A stretch of 64,000 nucleotides of DNA from an uncultured Actinomycetota bacterium (GTDB lineage Bacteria; Actinomycetota; Actinomycetes; Propionibacteriales; Nocardioidaceae), in NCBI GenBank assembly GCA_963708915.1, contig CAVPUJ010000001.1, forward strand, positions 864,689 to 928,688. The letters run 5' to 3'. Of this stretch, positions 11,320-21,216 are shown piece by piece. A model generated the notes under the pieces. That model was not told the DNA's origin. It worked only from the letters and a program-made list of their open reading frames with translations, and did no database searches. A program made the position numbers and the translations under genes. How positions within the stretch are numbered: the first letter of the stretch is position 1; each line of letters opens with the position of its first letter.

Positions 11320-11628
11320 TCAGAGCTTGATCTCGATGTCGACGCCGGCCGGCAGGTCGAGGCGCATCAGGGAGTCGACGGTCTTCGGGGTGGGGTCGAT
11401 GATGTCGATGAGGCGCTTGTGGGTGCGCATCTCGAAGTGCTCGCGCGAGTCCTTGTACTTGTGGGGCGAGCGGATGACGCAGTACACGTTCTTCTCGGTC
11501 GGCAGCGGCACGGGGCCGGCGACCTTGGCACCCGTGCGGGTGACGGTGTCCACGATCTTGCGCGCCGAGGTGTCGATCACCTCGTGGTCATAGGCCTTGA
11601 GCCTGATGCGGATCTTCTGTCCCGCCAT
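11320..11628 (-). CDS. rpsJ: 30S ribosomal protein S10
   Basis: [19 protein letters not shown]...[15 protein letters not shown]. Confidence 0.99.
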   Translation of the reverse strand: MAGQKIRIRLKAYDHEVIDTSARKIVDTVTRTGAKVAGPVPLPTEKNVYCVIRSPHKYKDSREHFEMRTHKRLIDIIDPTPKTVDSLMRLDLPAGVDIEIKL

Positions 11629-11945
11629 AGGTCTCTCTCGTCCTTCGTCTCGTGCCAGCTTGGATCGGCCGCTGCCGGTGGGTCTTCGTGCGCTCCGCCA
11701 CCTCGCACCCCCGACCCCCGCGGTCGGGCGTGTCGCAGGGATTTCTTCCTGCGACCCGCCTCAGCGGATCGGTGGTGACGGTGTTGGCCCGACGATCGAG
11801 AACACGTCCCGGCGTCGAGCGGATCGGGTCTCCCAGACATTCCTGGTGCGGTGCGGCCGCGCACGGACCACCTGCACACATCGGGAGACGCGATTCAATG
11901 ATCAAGAACTGCCGCACCCCGGCAACCCGCCGGAGCAACCGGACT

Positions 11946-11974
11946 ATCTTGGCAGAGACGTCGGCGCAGGCCAA
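11946..11974 (-). promoter_or_regulatory. Candidate S10 operon promoter (TTGGCC-N17-CAAGAT)
   Basis: Housekeeping-like -35/-10 with a 17-nt spacer, about 310 nt upstream of rpsJ. Confidence 0.45.
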
Positions 11975-11992
11975 ATCCGTTGCGCCCGGGCC

Positions 11993-12061
11993 CGAGATTT
12001 CACCGGCTGGCCGGGGAAATCTGAACATGGCGTGGCTAGCGAGGCACGCCAAGTCCAGGGA
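11993..12061 (+). repeat. Dispersed repeat of about 70 bp, copy 1
   Basis: CGAGATTTCACCGGCTGGCCGGGGAAATCTGAACATGGCGTGGCTAGCGAGGCACGCCAAGTCCAGGGA, near-identical to 38581-38649. Confidence 0.9.
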
Positions 12062-12133
12062 GACCACGCCAAGTCAGCACCGGGGGCGTCGGGAAACCCG
12101 GTGACGGGGCGGCGGCCCTGAGAGGATGCCGGG

Positions 12134-13338
12134 GTGTCGGGAACCGAGTCCTACCCTCCCCCGGGCGCCAGCGGCGACGAGCCGCCGGACCACGGTGCGG
12201 CCCAGCCGCCCCCGCCGGGCTGGCAGCCGCCGCCACCGACCCAGCCGTACCCGCAGCAGTACTCCCAGCCGTCCCCCCAGCAGCCGTACCCGCAGCCCGG
12301 GTACGCCCCGCCGGGGTACCCGCCCGCATACCCGGCCAGTACCCCGGCCAGCACCCGGGCCCGTACGCCCCGCAGCCGGGCATGCTCGGCGCCGCCCACA
12401 AGCCGGGCGCGATCGCGCTGCGGCCGCTCCAGCTCGGGGACATGTACGACGCGGCGTTCCGGATCATCCGGTTCAACCCGAAGGCGACGGTGGGCTCCGC
12501 GGTCCTGGTGACCTCGGTGGCGATGCTGATCCCGGTCGTGGTGACAGCGGTGCTCACCTGGTCGGTCAACCTGTCCCTCGAACCGGGCTCCGACGGGTTC
12601 ACCGGCGCCGAGGCGGCCGGCCTCGTCGGGGCCCTCGGGTCGCTGGTCCTCGGCACCGTGCTGCAGTCGCTCGGACTGATCTTCGTCACCGGCATGGTCG
12701 CCCACGTGACGATGGCCGCGGCGGTCGGCAAGAAGCTCAGCCTCGGCGAGGCCTGGGCGGCGACCGCCGGCAAGCGCCTCAAGCTCGTCGGGCTGGTGCT
12801 CCTCCTCGGCCTGATGCTCGTCCTGCTCATCGCCCTGTTCGTGCTCATCTGGGTCGCCGCGGTCACCACGGTCGACGGCGCCGGCGGTCTCTTCGGCTTC
12901 TTCCTCGTGTCGGTCCCCGCCTTCGTGGCAGTCCTCTGGTGGTTCTGGATCCGCATCTACTACCTGCCGGTGCCGGCCCTGATGCTCGAGGACGTCGGGG
13001 TCTTCGGGGCGATCGAGCGCGGTCACGCCCTGACCCGCAAGGTCTTCTGGCGGGTGTTCGGCATCGCGCTGCTGACGGCGATCATCACGTCCATCGCCGG
13101 CTCGATGCTCGGCGTCCCCGTGACGATGGTGATGGACGCCCTCCTCAACGGCGGCCTCGACAGCCAGTACGCCGCCCTCTCGCTGACGCTGGTCAACGCG
13201 GTGTCGTCGGTGGTGCAGGCGGCCTTCGTGGCGCCGTTCACGGCCGCGGTCACGTCCCTGCAGTACGTCGACCAGCGCATCCGCAAGGAGGCGTTCGACG
13301 TGGAGCTGATGACGCGCGCGGGGATCACCGCCCGGTGA
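12134..13338 (+). CDS. Proline-rich integral membrane protein (Rv3689-like), apparently frameshifted near 12331-12333
   Basis: PPPG/QPY-rich N-terminus from GTG 12134 (-10-like GAGGAT 6 nt upstream) continues in another frame as GQYPGQHPGP...LRPLQLGDMYDAAF followed by multiple TM segments. Confidence 0.75.
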
Positions 13339-13345
13339 TGCTGCA

Positions 13346-13951
13346 GTGATGCTGCTCGAGCCGCCGCTCGACCCCAGCGGCGACGAGGCGCGGTCGCTGC
13401 TGCGCCGCGAGCTGCTGCACCCGGAGTACCACCAGGACAACCTGGTCCTCCGCCTGGTCGACTGGCTCGCCCGCCTGCTCGACCGCGGCCTCACCCAGGC
13501 CCGGGAGCTGCCGCCCCTGACGACGTTCGCCGCCATGCTCGTCGGCCTGCTGCTCCTCGGAGCCGTCGGCTGGCTGGTGACCCGGGCCCGCCGCGTGCGC
13601 CGGGCGCCGCGCGAGCGCCGCCCGGTCCTCAGCGACGAGCACGTCACCGCCGCCGAGCTGCGCGCGCGAGCCGAGCGGGCCCTGGCCCAGGAGCGGTACG
13701 CCGACGCGCTGGTGGACGCCTTCCGCGCCGTCGCGGTGCGGCAGGTAGAGCGACACCGCATCGACGACCTGCCCGGTGCGACCGCCCACGAGGTGGCGGT
13801 CGCGCTGGCAGAGGTGTTCCCCGGACAGGCCGCCGACGTGCACCGGTGCGCCGGGCTCTTCGACCTCGTGCTGTACGGCGGCCGGCCGGCGACCCGCGAC
13901 CAGGCGGTCGACGTCCTCGGGCTCGACGACCGGCTGGGGGTCCGGGCATGA
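13346..13951 (+). CDS. DUF4129-family membrane protein
   Basis: One TM segment, then ADALVDAFRAVA...PGATAHEV...AGLFDLVLYGGRPAT; first of the DUF4129-DUF4350-MoxR-DUF58 series. Confidence 0.8.
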   Translation: MMLLEPPLDPSGDEARSLLRRELLHPEYHQDNLVLRLVDWLARLLDRGLTQARELPPLTTFAAMLVGLLLLGAVGWLVTRARRVRRAPRERRPVLSDEHVTAAELRARAERALAQERYADALVDAFRAVAVRQVERHRIDDLPGATAHEVAVALAEVFPGQAADVHRCAGLFDLVLYGGRPATRDQAVDVLGLDDRLGVRA

Positions 13952-15089
13952 GCACCACCACCGCGGAGCCGGCCCCAGCGCGAACCGGCGCCTGGCGCCG
14001 CCACCGCACCACCCTCGTCATCGTCGGCGCCGCCGTCGCCGCCGTCGCCGTCGCGCTGCTGGTGGGTGGTCGCCCCGCGACCAGCGAGGCCCTCGACCCC
14101 GACAACCCCGGCGCGGACGGCGCCCGCGCGGTCGCTCGCGTCCTCGACGGCCAGGGCGTGGACGTGGAGGTCGTCCGCGGGGCCGAGGCACTGGACCGCG
14201 CCGACCTCGGACCGTCCACCACGGTGCTGGTCACCTCGACGTACCTGCTCGGGCGCAGCACGTCGGCGCGCCTGCTCGACGCGCTGGCCGGGGCCGACCT
14301 GGTGCTGGCCGAGCCCGAACCCGGGGCGGTGGACGCCCTCGGCCTCCAGGCTCCCGCGTGGACCGTGGCGCCCGGAGGCGACCGTCCGGCCCGGTGTGCG
14401 GACCCGCTGTTGACCGGCCTCGTGATCCGGGTCGACCTGGCCACCGAGTACGACACCGGCGACGGCTGCTTCGACGGTGAGCACGGGTACCTCGTCGCCC
14501 GGCCCAGCGAGGGAGTGGTCCTGCTGGGCGCGTCCCGGCTGCTCACCAACGACCAGGTGCTGGCGGCGGACAACGCCGCCGTGGCGCTCCGGCTGCTCGG
14601 TCAGCGCGAGCGGCTCGTCTGGTACGTCCCCGAGGCCGCCGACCTGGTCGGCGACGACGGCGTGAGCCTGCGGACCCTGCTGCCCGACTGGATCCTGCCC
14701 GGTCTCTGGATCGCGGGGGCGACCGTGCTCGCGCTGCTGCTGTGGCGGGTGCGCCGGCTGGGTCCGCTCGTCACCGAGCCGCTGCCCGTGACGGTCAAGG
14801 CCATCGAGACCACCCAGAGCCGGGGACGGCTCTACCGCAAGGCCGGCGACCGGGCCCACGCGGCCCAGGCCCTGCGGCGCGCCGCTCGTACGTCCCTGGC
14901 CTCCAGGCTGCACCTGGCGGTGACCGCCGTCGACGAGGCGGCGCTGGTGCGCGACGTGGCACGGCACGTCGACCGCCCGCTCGACGAGGTGGCGGCACTG
15001 CTGTCGAGCACCGCCCCCGCTCCCCGGACCGACCACGACCTGATCATGTTGGCCAACGACCTGGCCGCGCTCGAACGAGAGGCACGTAC

Positions 15090-15093
<4 letters not shown>
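13948..15093 (+). CDS. DUF4350-family membrane protein
   Basis: LDPDNPGADGARAVARVL...LLTNDQVLAADNAAVALRLLG...WRVRRLGPLVTEPLPV; ATGA overlap with upstream gene. Confidence 0.8.
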
Positions 15094-16075
<982 letters not shown>

Positions 16076-16076
<1 letters not shown>

Positions 16077-17368
16077 TGGCCATCTCGGGCAGGGTCCCGC
16101 TGCTGGTGCTGCTCGGCCTGCTGCCGGTGGTGCTGCGGCCGACGTTCGGCACCATGTGGCTGTGGCTGCTGGCCGTCGCGCTGGTGGTGGCCGTCGACTT
16201 CCTGCTCGCCCCGAGACCGGAGGTGCTCGAGATCAGCCGCCGCCCGACGGACCCGGTCCGGCTCGGCCGTCCCACGTCCACGACCCTCGTCGTCGCCAAC
16301 CCGTCGAGCCGAACGGTCACCGGGGTGGTGCGCGACGCCTGGCAGCCCACGGCCGGAGCGACCGCCAACCGGTTCCCGGTCCGGCTCACGCCGGGTGACC
16401 GGGTGCTGCTGCGCACCGCCCTCCAGCCCGTACGCCGTGGCGACCTGCGCGCACACGGCGTCACCGTCCGCGCCCGCGGACCCCTCGGACTGGCCTCGCG
16501 CCAGCGCACGACCGACGTCGCGGGCGTGGTCCGGTCGCTGCCCCCGTTCGAGTCCCGCAAGCACCTCCCGTCGCGGCTGGCCCGACTGCGCGACCTCGAC
16601 GGCCGGTCGGCGGTGCGGGTGCGCGGTCAGGGCACGGAGTTCGACTCGCTGCGGGAGTACGTCCAGGGCGACGACGTGCGCTCGATCGACTGGCGGGCGA
16701 CGGCCCGCAACCGCAACGTCGTCGTCCGCACCTGGCAGCCCGAGCGCGACCGCCGGGTGGTGCTGGTGCTCGACACGTCCCGTACCTCGGCGGGTCGCGT
16801 GGACGACGTGCCCCGGCTGGACTCCGCCATGGACGCCGCCCTGCTGCTGGCCGCACTGGCCGCCCGCGCCGGCGACCGGGTGGACTTCCTGGCCGGCGAC
16901 CGCCGGGTGCGCGCCCGGTTACGCGCGACCGGCGCAAGGGAGGCGGCCGCCACCCTCCAGGACACGATGGCCGACCTCGAACCGGTGATCGCGGAGGCCG
17001 ACTGGGCCGCACTCGCCGGCGCGGTGACCTCGCTCGGCCGGCAGCGCGCCCTGGTCGTGCTGCTCACGCCCCTGGAGTCCTCGGCCGTCGAGGAGGGACT
17101 GCTGCCCGTGCTGCCGACGCTGACCAAGCACCACCGCGTCGTCCTCGCCTCGGTCAAGGACCCCGCCCTCGACCGGCTGGCCGCGGCCCGCGAGGACATC
17201 GACGAGGTGTACGACGCCGCGGCGGCCGAGCAGGTCCTCGCCCGCCGCCGGCGGACGGCCGACCTGCTCCGCGCCCTCGGCGTGGACGTCGTCGACGCCT
17301 CCGCCGAGCAGCTGCCGCCGGCCCTGGCCGACCACTACCTCGCCCTGAAGGCGCGCGGGCTGCTCTGA
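16076..17368 (+). CDS. DUF58 / vWA-like protein
   Basis: GQGTEFDSLREYVQGDDVRSIDWRATAR...LVLDTSRT; two N-terminal TM segments. Confidence 0.92.
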
Positions 17369-17369
17369 G

Positions 17370-19319
17370 TCAGCGCGGGCGGACCAGATCGGTCTTCTTG
17401 CTCCACGGTCCCCAGCGGTCGGCGTTCCGGGCCTTCACCTTCAGGAAGTACTTGCCCGGCTCGAGCTTGAAGAGGAACTTCAGCCGGCCGGCCTTCACGA
17501 CCTCGGTGTCGACCTTCGTACCGCCGGCCGTGAACACCGCGACCTTGTACTTGCTGATGGCGAAGCCTCCGGCGTCCACGGGAGCCTTCCACTTCGCGCC
17601 CGCTGTCAGCTTGCCGCCCCGCTTGCCCTGGACCTCGTTGACCTTGCGCGGCTTGGAGAGGTCCGCCACCGTCGTCGTCGCGGTCGCCGCCGGACCCTGA
17701 CCCGCGGCGCTGACCGCGGCCACCGCGATCGTGTGCGCGCCCGGCCCGGGGTCCTTCACGACCATCGAGGTGCCCGTGGGCGAGGACACCACAGCCCCGT
17801 CGAGGCTGACGCGGTACGACGCCACCGGACCCGCACCACTGGACGCCGGCGCCGACCAGCCGACCGCCAGGGCGGAGCCGTCGAACGGCGCAGCCTCCTT
17901 GACGGTGAGCCCCTGGGGTGCCGTGGCGGCACCCTGGTTCGCGACGGGCGGGCCGCGCCGCAGTCGCCACCGGCTGGTCGTGGTGGTCAGGACCGACACG
18001 AACGTGTTGTCCGCGGTCCGGGTCGCCGGCCGCACCACGCAGGAGAACAGCCCTGCCGGGAGCACGCCGTTGACGCAGTCGGGCAGCAGCACCTCGGCAC
18101 CGGCATCCGTCGTGTGCACGACCTGCACCTCGTTCAGCGGCGTGGCCATCACGTCGGCCTGCGAGAACCGGAGGTCCACGCGGGCGGCCTGGCCGGCCGT
18201 CAGGTTGTCGGCGTGGGCCAGCACCTCGTTGCCGATCGCGGCCGGATCGACCGCCGGACCCACGGGTCCGAGCTCCTGGAGCCGGACCGCGGCCGGGCCG
18301 GCGTTCGCGCCGGGCACGGCGAAGGCCACGCTCATGGTGTCCTTGGCCGGGTCGGTCGTGGCCTGGCAGCTCGCGCCGACCCCCTCACAGCGGCCGGTGG
18401 CCAGGGTCGTGCCGGGCGAGACCGAGGCGCCGACCTGCTGGTTGTCCGGAAGCGCCAGCGTCCCGGACAGCACGGCGGCCTGGCCGGAGCCGACGTACGT
18501 CGCGTCCACGACGCTCGTGCCGGAGCCCGCGGTCTTGGTCAGCAGGCCGTTGTTGGTGAGCACGCTCAACGGCTGTCCGGACACGGCGAAGCCCTGGTGG
18601 TAGTCGCCGTCACCGGCCAGCTCGAGCGTGCCGCCCGGCTGGATGTTCAGAGCCGTGCCGTAGTCAGCAGCGACGAACGCATTGGGCGCCAGGGAGACCG
18701 TGCCGCCGTTGGCGATGCTCACCTGGTAGCCCGTGAGCAGGCCGAGGCCGAGGTTGTTCAGCGTCGCGTGCCCCTCGACGATCATCTCGCCACGGTCGGC
18801 CGGCGGTGCTTCACCGCCACCTGCTGTCTGTTTCGAGGTGAGGAACGTGCCGAACGCGCCGGAGGTGAAGGTGACGTCACCCTGCGCCCTGATGGTGGAG
18901 GTACCACCCAGCTGTCCCATGGTGACCTCGACCGAGGTGCCCGGCGCCCACACCGACTCGGCAGGGCCGTCGACCCACAACCCCATGCCGGAGTGGATCT
19001 CCAGCCGTGCAGCCCCGGCCAGGTGCACCTGGTCGGCGTGGATCTTTCCGACGTACGCCGAGTCGATGACGATCGTGTCGGTCGTGTTCACGCAGGCGAT
19101 CGAGGTCGTGCCCGGAATGCCGGTAGGCGTCCAGTTGTTCGGGGTGTCCCAGTTGGAAGAGCCGCCGGTGTTCTTGTTCCAGGTGATCACGTCGGGGTCG
19201 CCGCTCGTGCAGACAGGCGGCAGCGCGCTCGCCGGCCCGGGCGTGGAGACGACCACCAGCAGCGACGCGACGAGTGCGCCGAGCCCCGTGCCGACCAGCG
19301 ACCGTCCCCCGTGTCTCAT
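17370..19319 (-). CDS. Secreted fibronectin type III domain protein, paralog 1 (649 aa)
   Basis: Signal peptide ending PASA-LP; NWDTPNNWTP motif; conserved Cys pairs; two C-terminal Fn3-like repeats (WSAP...YRV...AAVSAAG; WKAP...YKV...VKARNADRWGPWS). Confidence 0.85.
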   Translation of the reverse strand: MRHGGRSLVGTGLGALVASLLVVVSTPGPASALPPVCTSGDPDVITWNKNTGGSSNWDTPNNWTPTGIPGTTSIACVNTTDTIVIDSAYVGKIHADQVHLAGAARLEIHSGMGLWVDGPAESVWAPGTSVEVTMGQLGGTSTIRAQGDVTFTSGAFGTFLTSKQTAGGGEAPPADRGEMIVEGHATLNNLGLGLLTGYQVSIANGGTVSLAPNAFVAADYGTALNIQPGGTLELAGDGDYHQGFAVSGQPLSVLTNNGLLTKTAGSGTSVVDATYVGSGQAAVLSGTLALPDNQQVGASVSPGTTLATGRCEGVGASCQATTDPAKDTMSVAFAVPGANAGPAAVRLQELGPVGPAVDPAAIGNEVLAHADNLTAGQAARVDLRFSQADVMATPLNEVQVVHTTDAGAEVLLPDCVNGVLPAGLFSCVVRPATRTADNTFVSVLTTTTSRWRLRRGPPVANQGAATAPQGLTVKEAAPFDGSALAVGWSAPASSGAGPVASYRVSLDGAVVSSPTGTSMVVKDPGPGAHTIAVAAVSAAGQGPAATATTTVADLSKPRKVNEVQGKRGGKLTAGAKWKAPVDAGGFAISKYKVAVFTAGGTKVDTEVVKAGRLKFLFKLEPGKYFLKVKARNADRWGPWSKKTDLVRPR

Positions 19320-19329
19320 CGTCGGTGCC

Positions 19330-21153
19330 TCAGCGCGGCCGGACCAGGTCGGACGGCTTGCTCCACGGCCCCCAGCGGTCGGTGTTGCCGGCCTTCACCT
19401 TCACGAAGTACCTGCCTGACTTGAGCTTGAAGAGGAACTTCAGCTTGTCGGCCTTGACGAGCTTGGTGTCGACCTTCTTGCCGTTCTTCTTGAAGACCGC
19501 GACCTTGTACTTGGTGATGGCGAAGCCGCCCGCGTCTGCAGGAGCCTTCCACTTCGCACCAGCCGTGAGCTTGCCGCCCTTCTTGCCCTGCAGCGGCTTG
19601 ACCTTGCGCGGCTTCGACAGCTTGTCGATCGTGATGTCGGCCCCGACCTGCGCACCGGCGCCGATGCTGTTGACCGCGGCCACGCTGAACGTGTGCTTGC
19701 CGGGTCCCGGGTCGGAGACAAGGGCCGCCGTGCTGCCGTCGTTGGCGAACAGCAGCTGGCCGTCCCGGAAGACCTGGTAGGTCGACACGGCCGCTCCGCC
19801 GTCACTCGTGGGTGCCGTCCAGCTGAGCGCGACCTTCGACCCGTCGGCCGAGCCGAGCTTGGCCACCAGGTCCCGCGCGACGCCGGGTGCGGTCTGGTCG
19901 AACCCCTCACCTGGCAGCTGGCGCCGCAGCCGCCAGCGAGAGGTCTGGGTGGTCAGCACGGTGACGAAGGTGTTCTGCGCGTCGCGGGTGACCGGCCGGA
20001 CCACGCAGTACGGCGCTCCGGGCGGCATCGAGACTGTCACGCTGTTGATGCAGTCGGGGGTCTTGGCCATCGTGCCCGCGTCACTGATGTGGCCGACCTG
20101 CACTTCGGCCAGTGGCGTGGTCATCACGTCGGCCTGCGAGAAGCGCAAGGTGAGCTCTGCGGGGTTGGCCGGGTCGGGGTCGAGCTGGTCGGCGTGCGCG
20201 TACACCTCGTTGCCGATCGCGCGGGAGTCCGTGGTGGCCGGTGGCTGGACCAGCTCCTGGATGGTCACCCCGGCGGTCTGGGAGTTCGCACTCGGGATGT
20301 GGAGCGCGACGCTGCTCGGATCGATGGCCGGGTTCTGCGAGCCCTGGCACAGAACAGTGGTGTTCGGACCACAGATGGCCGTCGCGAAGCTCATGTTGGG
20401 CACCACCTGGGCTCCGACGGCTGTCGCGTCGGGAAGCGCCAGGGTGCCGCAACAGTTGACCTCGATGCTCGCGCCAGGTGCCTGCGCGTACCACGCGTCG
20501 ATCACGCTGGTGCCGGAGCCGCTGGCCTTCTCGAGGGTGCCGTGGTTGCCGATGTGGCTGAGCGGCTGCCCCGTCACCGTGGCTCCCTGGTAGTAGCCGC
20601 CGTCGCCGTTGAGCTGCAGCAGCCCGTTGGGATCGATGATCGTCACGGTGCCCCAGTCGGCCGTGATGAACGAGTCGGACTGCACCGAGGTCGTCCCGGC
20701 GCCCAAGATCGTCATCCGGACGGCCGACCTCATGGAGAGGCCACCGTCGACCTGGGCGGTCCCGCGAACGTCCAGGCGACCCGGACCGGTCAGCTGTGCC
20801 AGCGTCGGGGTGCCGTCGAAGAACAGCTCATTTCCCGGCGGGACGTCGACGACCGACCCTGAGTCGACGTGGAGCTGGTTGACGGTCCGAAAATTGACCC
20901 CGGTGACCGTCTTGTTGGCCGGGATGCAGGCGATGGCGTTGGAGGCATCGGGGATGCTCGCGGGGGTCCAGTTCCCAGGGGATTCCCAGCTACCCCCGCT
21001 GGGCCCGGTGAACGTGCGCACGTTGGGCGCACCCGACGTGCACACCGCGGGCAGCGCGCCGCTGGCGCTCCCGGACGTCGCAAGAACCACGACCCCGGAC
21101 GCGACGACAGCCGCCAGCGTCCCCTTCAGCACCGACCGATGGATGCCTCGCAT
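19330..21153 (-). CDS. Secreted fibronectin type III domain protein, paralog 2 (607 aa)
   Basis: Same architecture as 17370-19319; shared LRFSQADVM, TSRWRLRR, GGKLTAGAKWKAP and DRWGPWSK blocks. Confidence 0.85.
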   Translation of the reverse strand: MRGIHRSVLKGTLAAVVASGVVVLATSGSASGALPAVCTSGAPNVRTFTGPSGGSWESPGNWTPASIPDASNAIACIPANKTVTGVNFRTVNQLHVDSGSVVDVPPGNELFFDGTPTLAQLTGPGRLDVRGTAQVDGGLSMRSAVRMTILGAGTTSVQSDSFITADWGTVTIIDPNGLLQLNGDGGYYQGATVTGQPLSHIGNHGTLEKASGSGTSVIDAWYAQAPGASIEVNCCGTLALPDATAVGAQVVPNMSFATAICGPNTTVLCQGSQNPAIDPSSVALHIPSANSQTAGVTIQELVQPPATTDSRAIGNEVYAHADQLDPDPANPAELTLRFSQADVMTTPLAEVQVGHISDAGTMAKTPDCINSVTVSMPPGAPYCVVRPVTRDAQNTFVTVLTTQTSRWRLRRQLPGEGFDQTAPGVARDLVAKLGSADGSKVALSWTAPTSDGGAAVSTYQVFRDGQLLFANDGSTAALVSDPGPGKHTFSVAAVNSIGAGAQVGADITIDKLSKPRKVKPLQGKKGGKLTAGAKWKAPADAGGFAITKYKVAVFKKNGKKVDTKLVKADKLKFLFKLKSGRYFVKVKAGNTDRWGPWSKPSDLVRPR

Positions 21154-21216
21154 CTGTCCCCCGCTCCGCGTGACTTCCCGAAGCGTAAGCGTTCCGCGCT
21201 GTCCTGACGACAGACT

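Noticed and set aside
12151-15036. 961-aa minus-strand ORF, and similar long ORFs at 21628-24147, 22406-26044, 39455-42085, 41428-44385 and 53558-56317
   Set aside because: Antisense or shifted-frame shadows of recognisable genes; stop codons are rare at this GC content and the translations are low-complexity Arg/Gly/Pro with no motifs.
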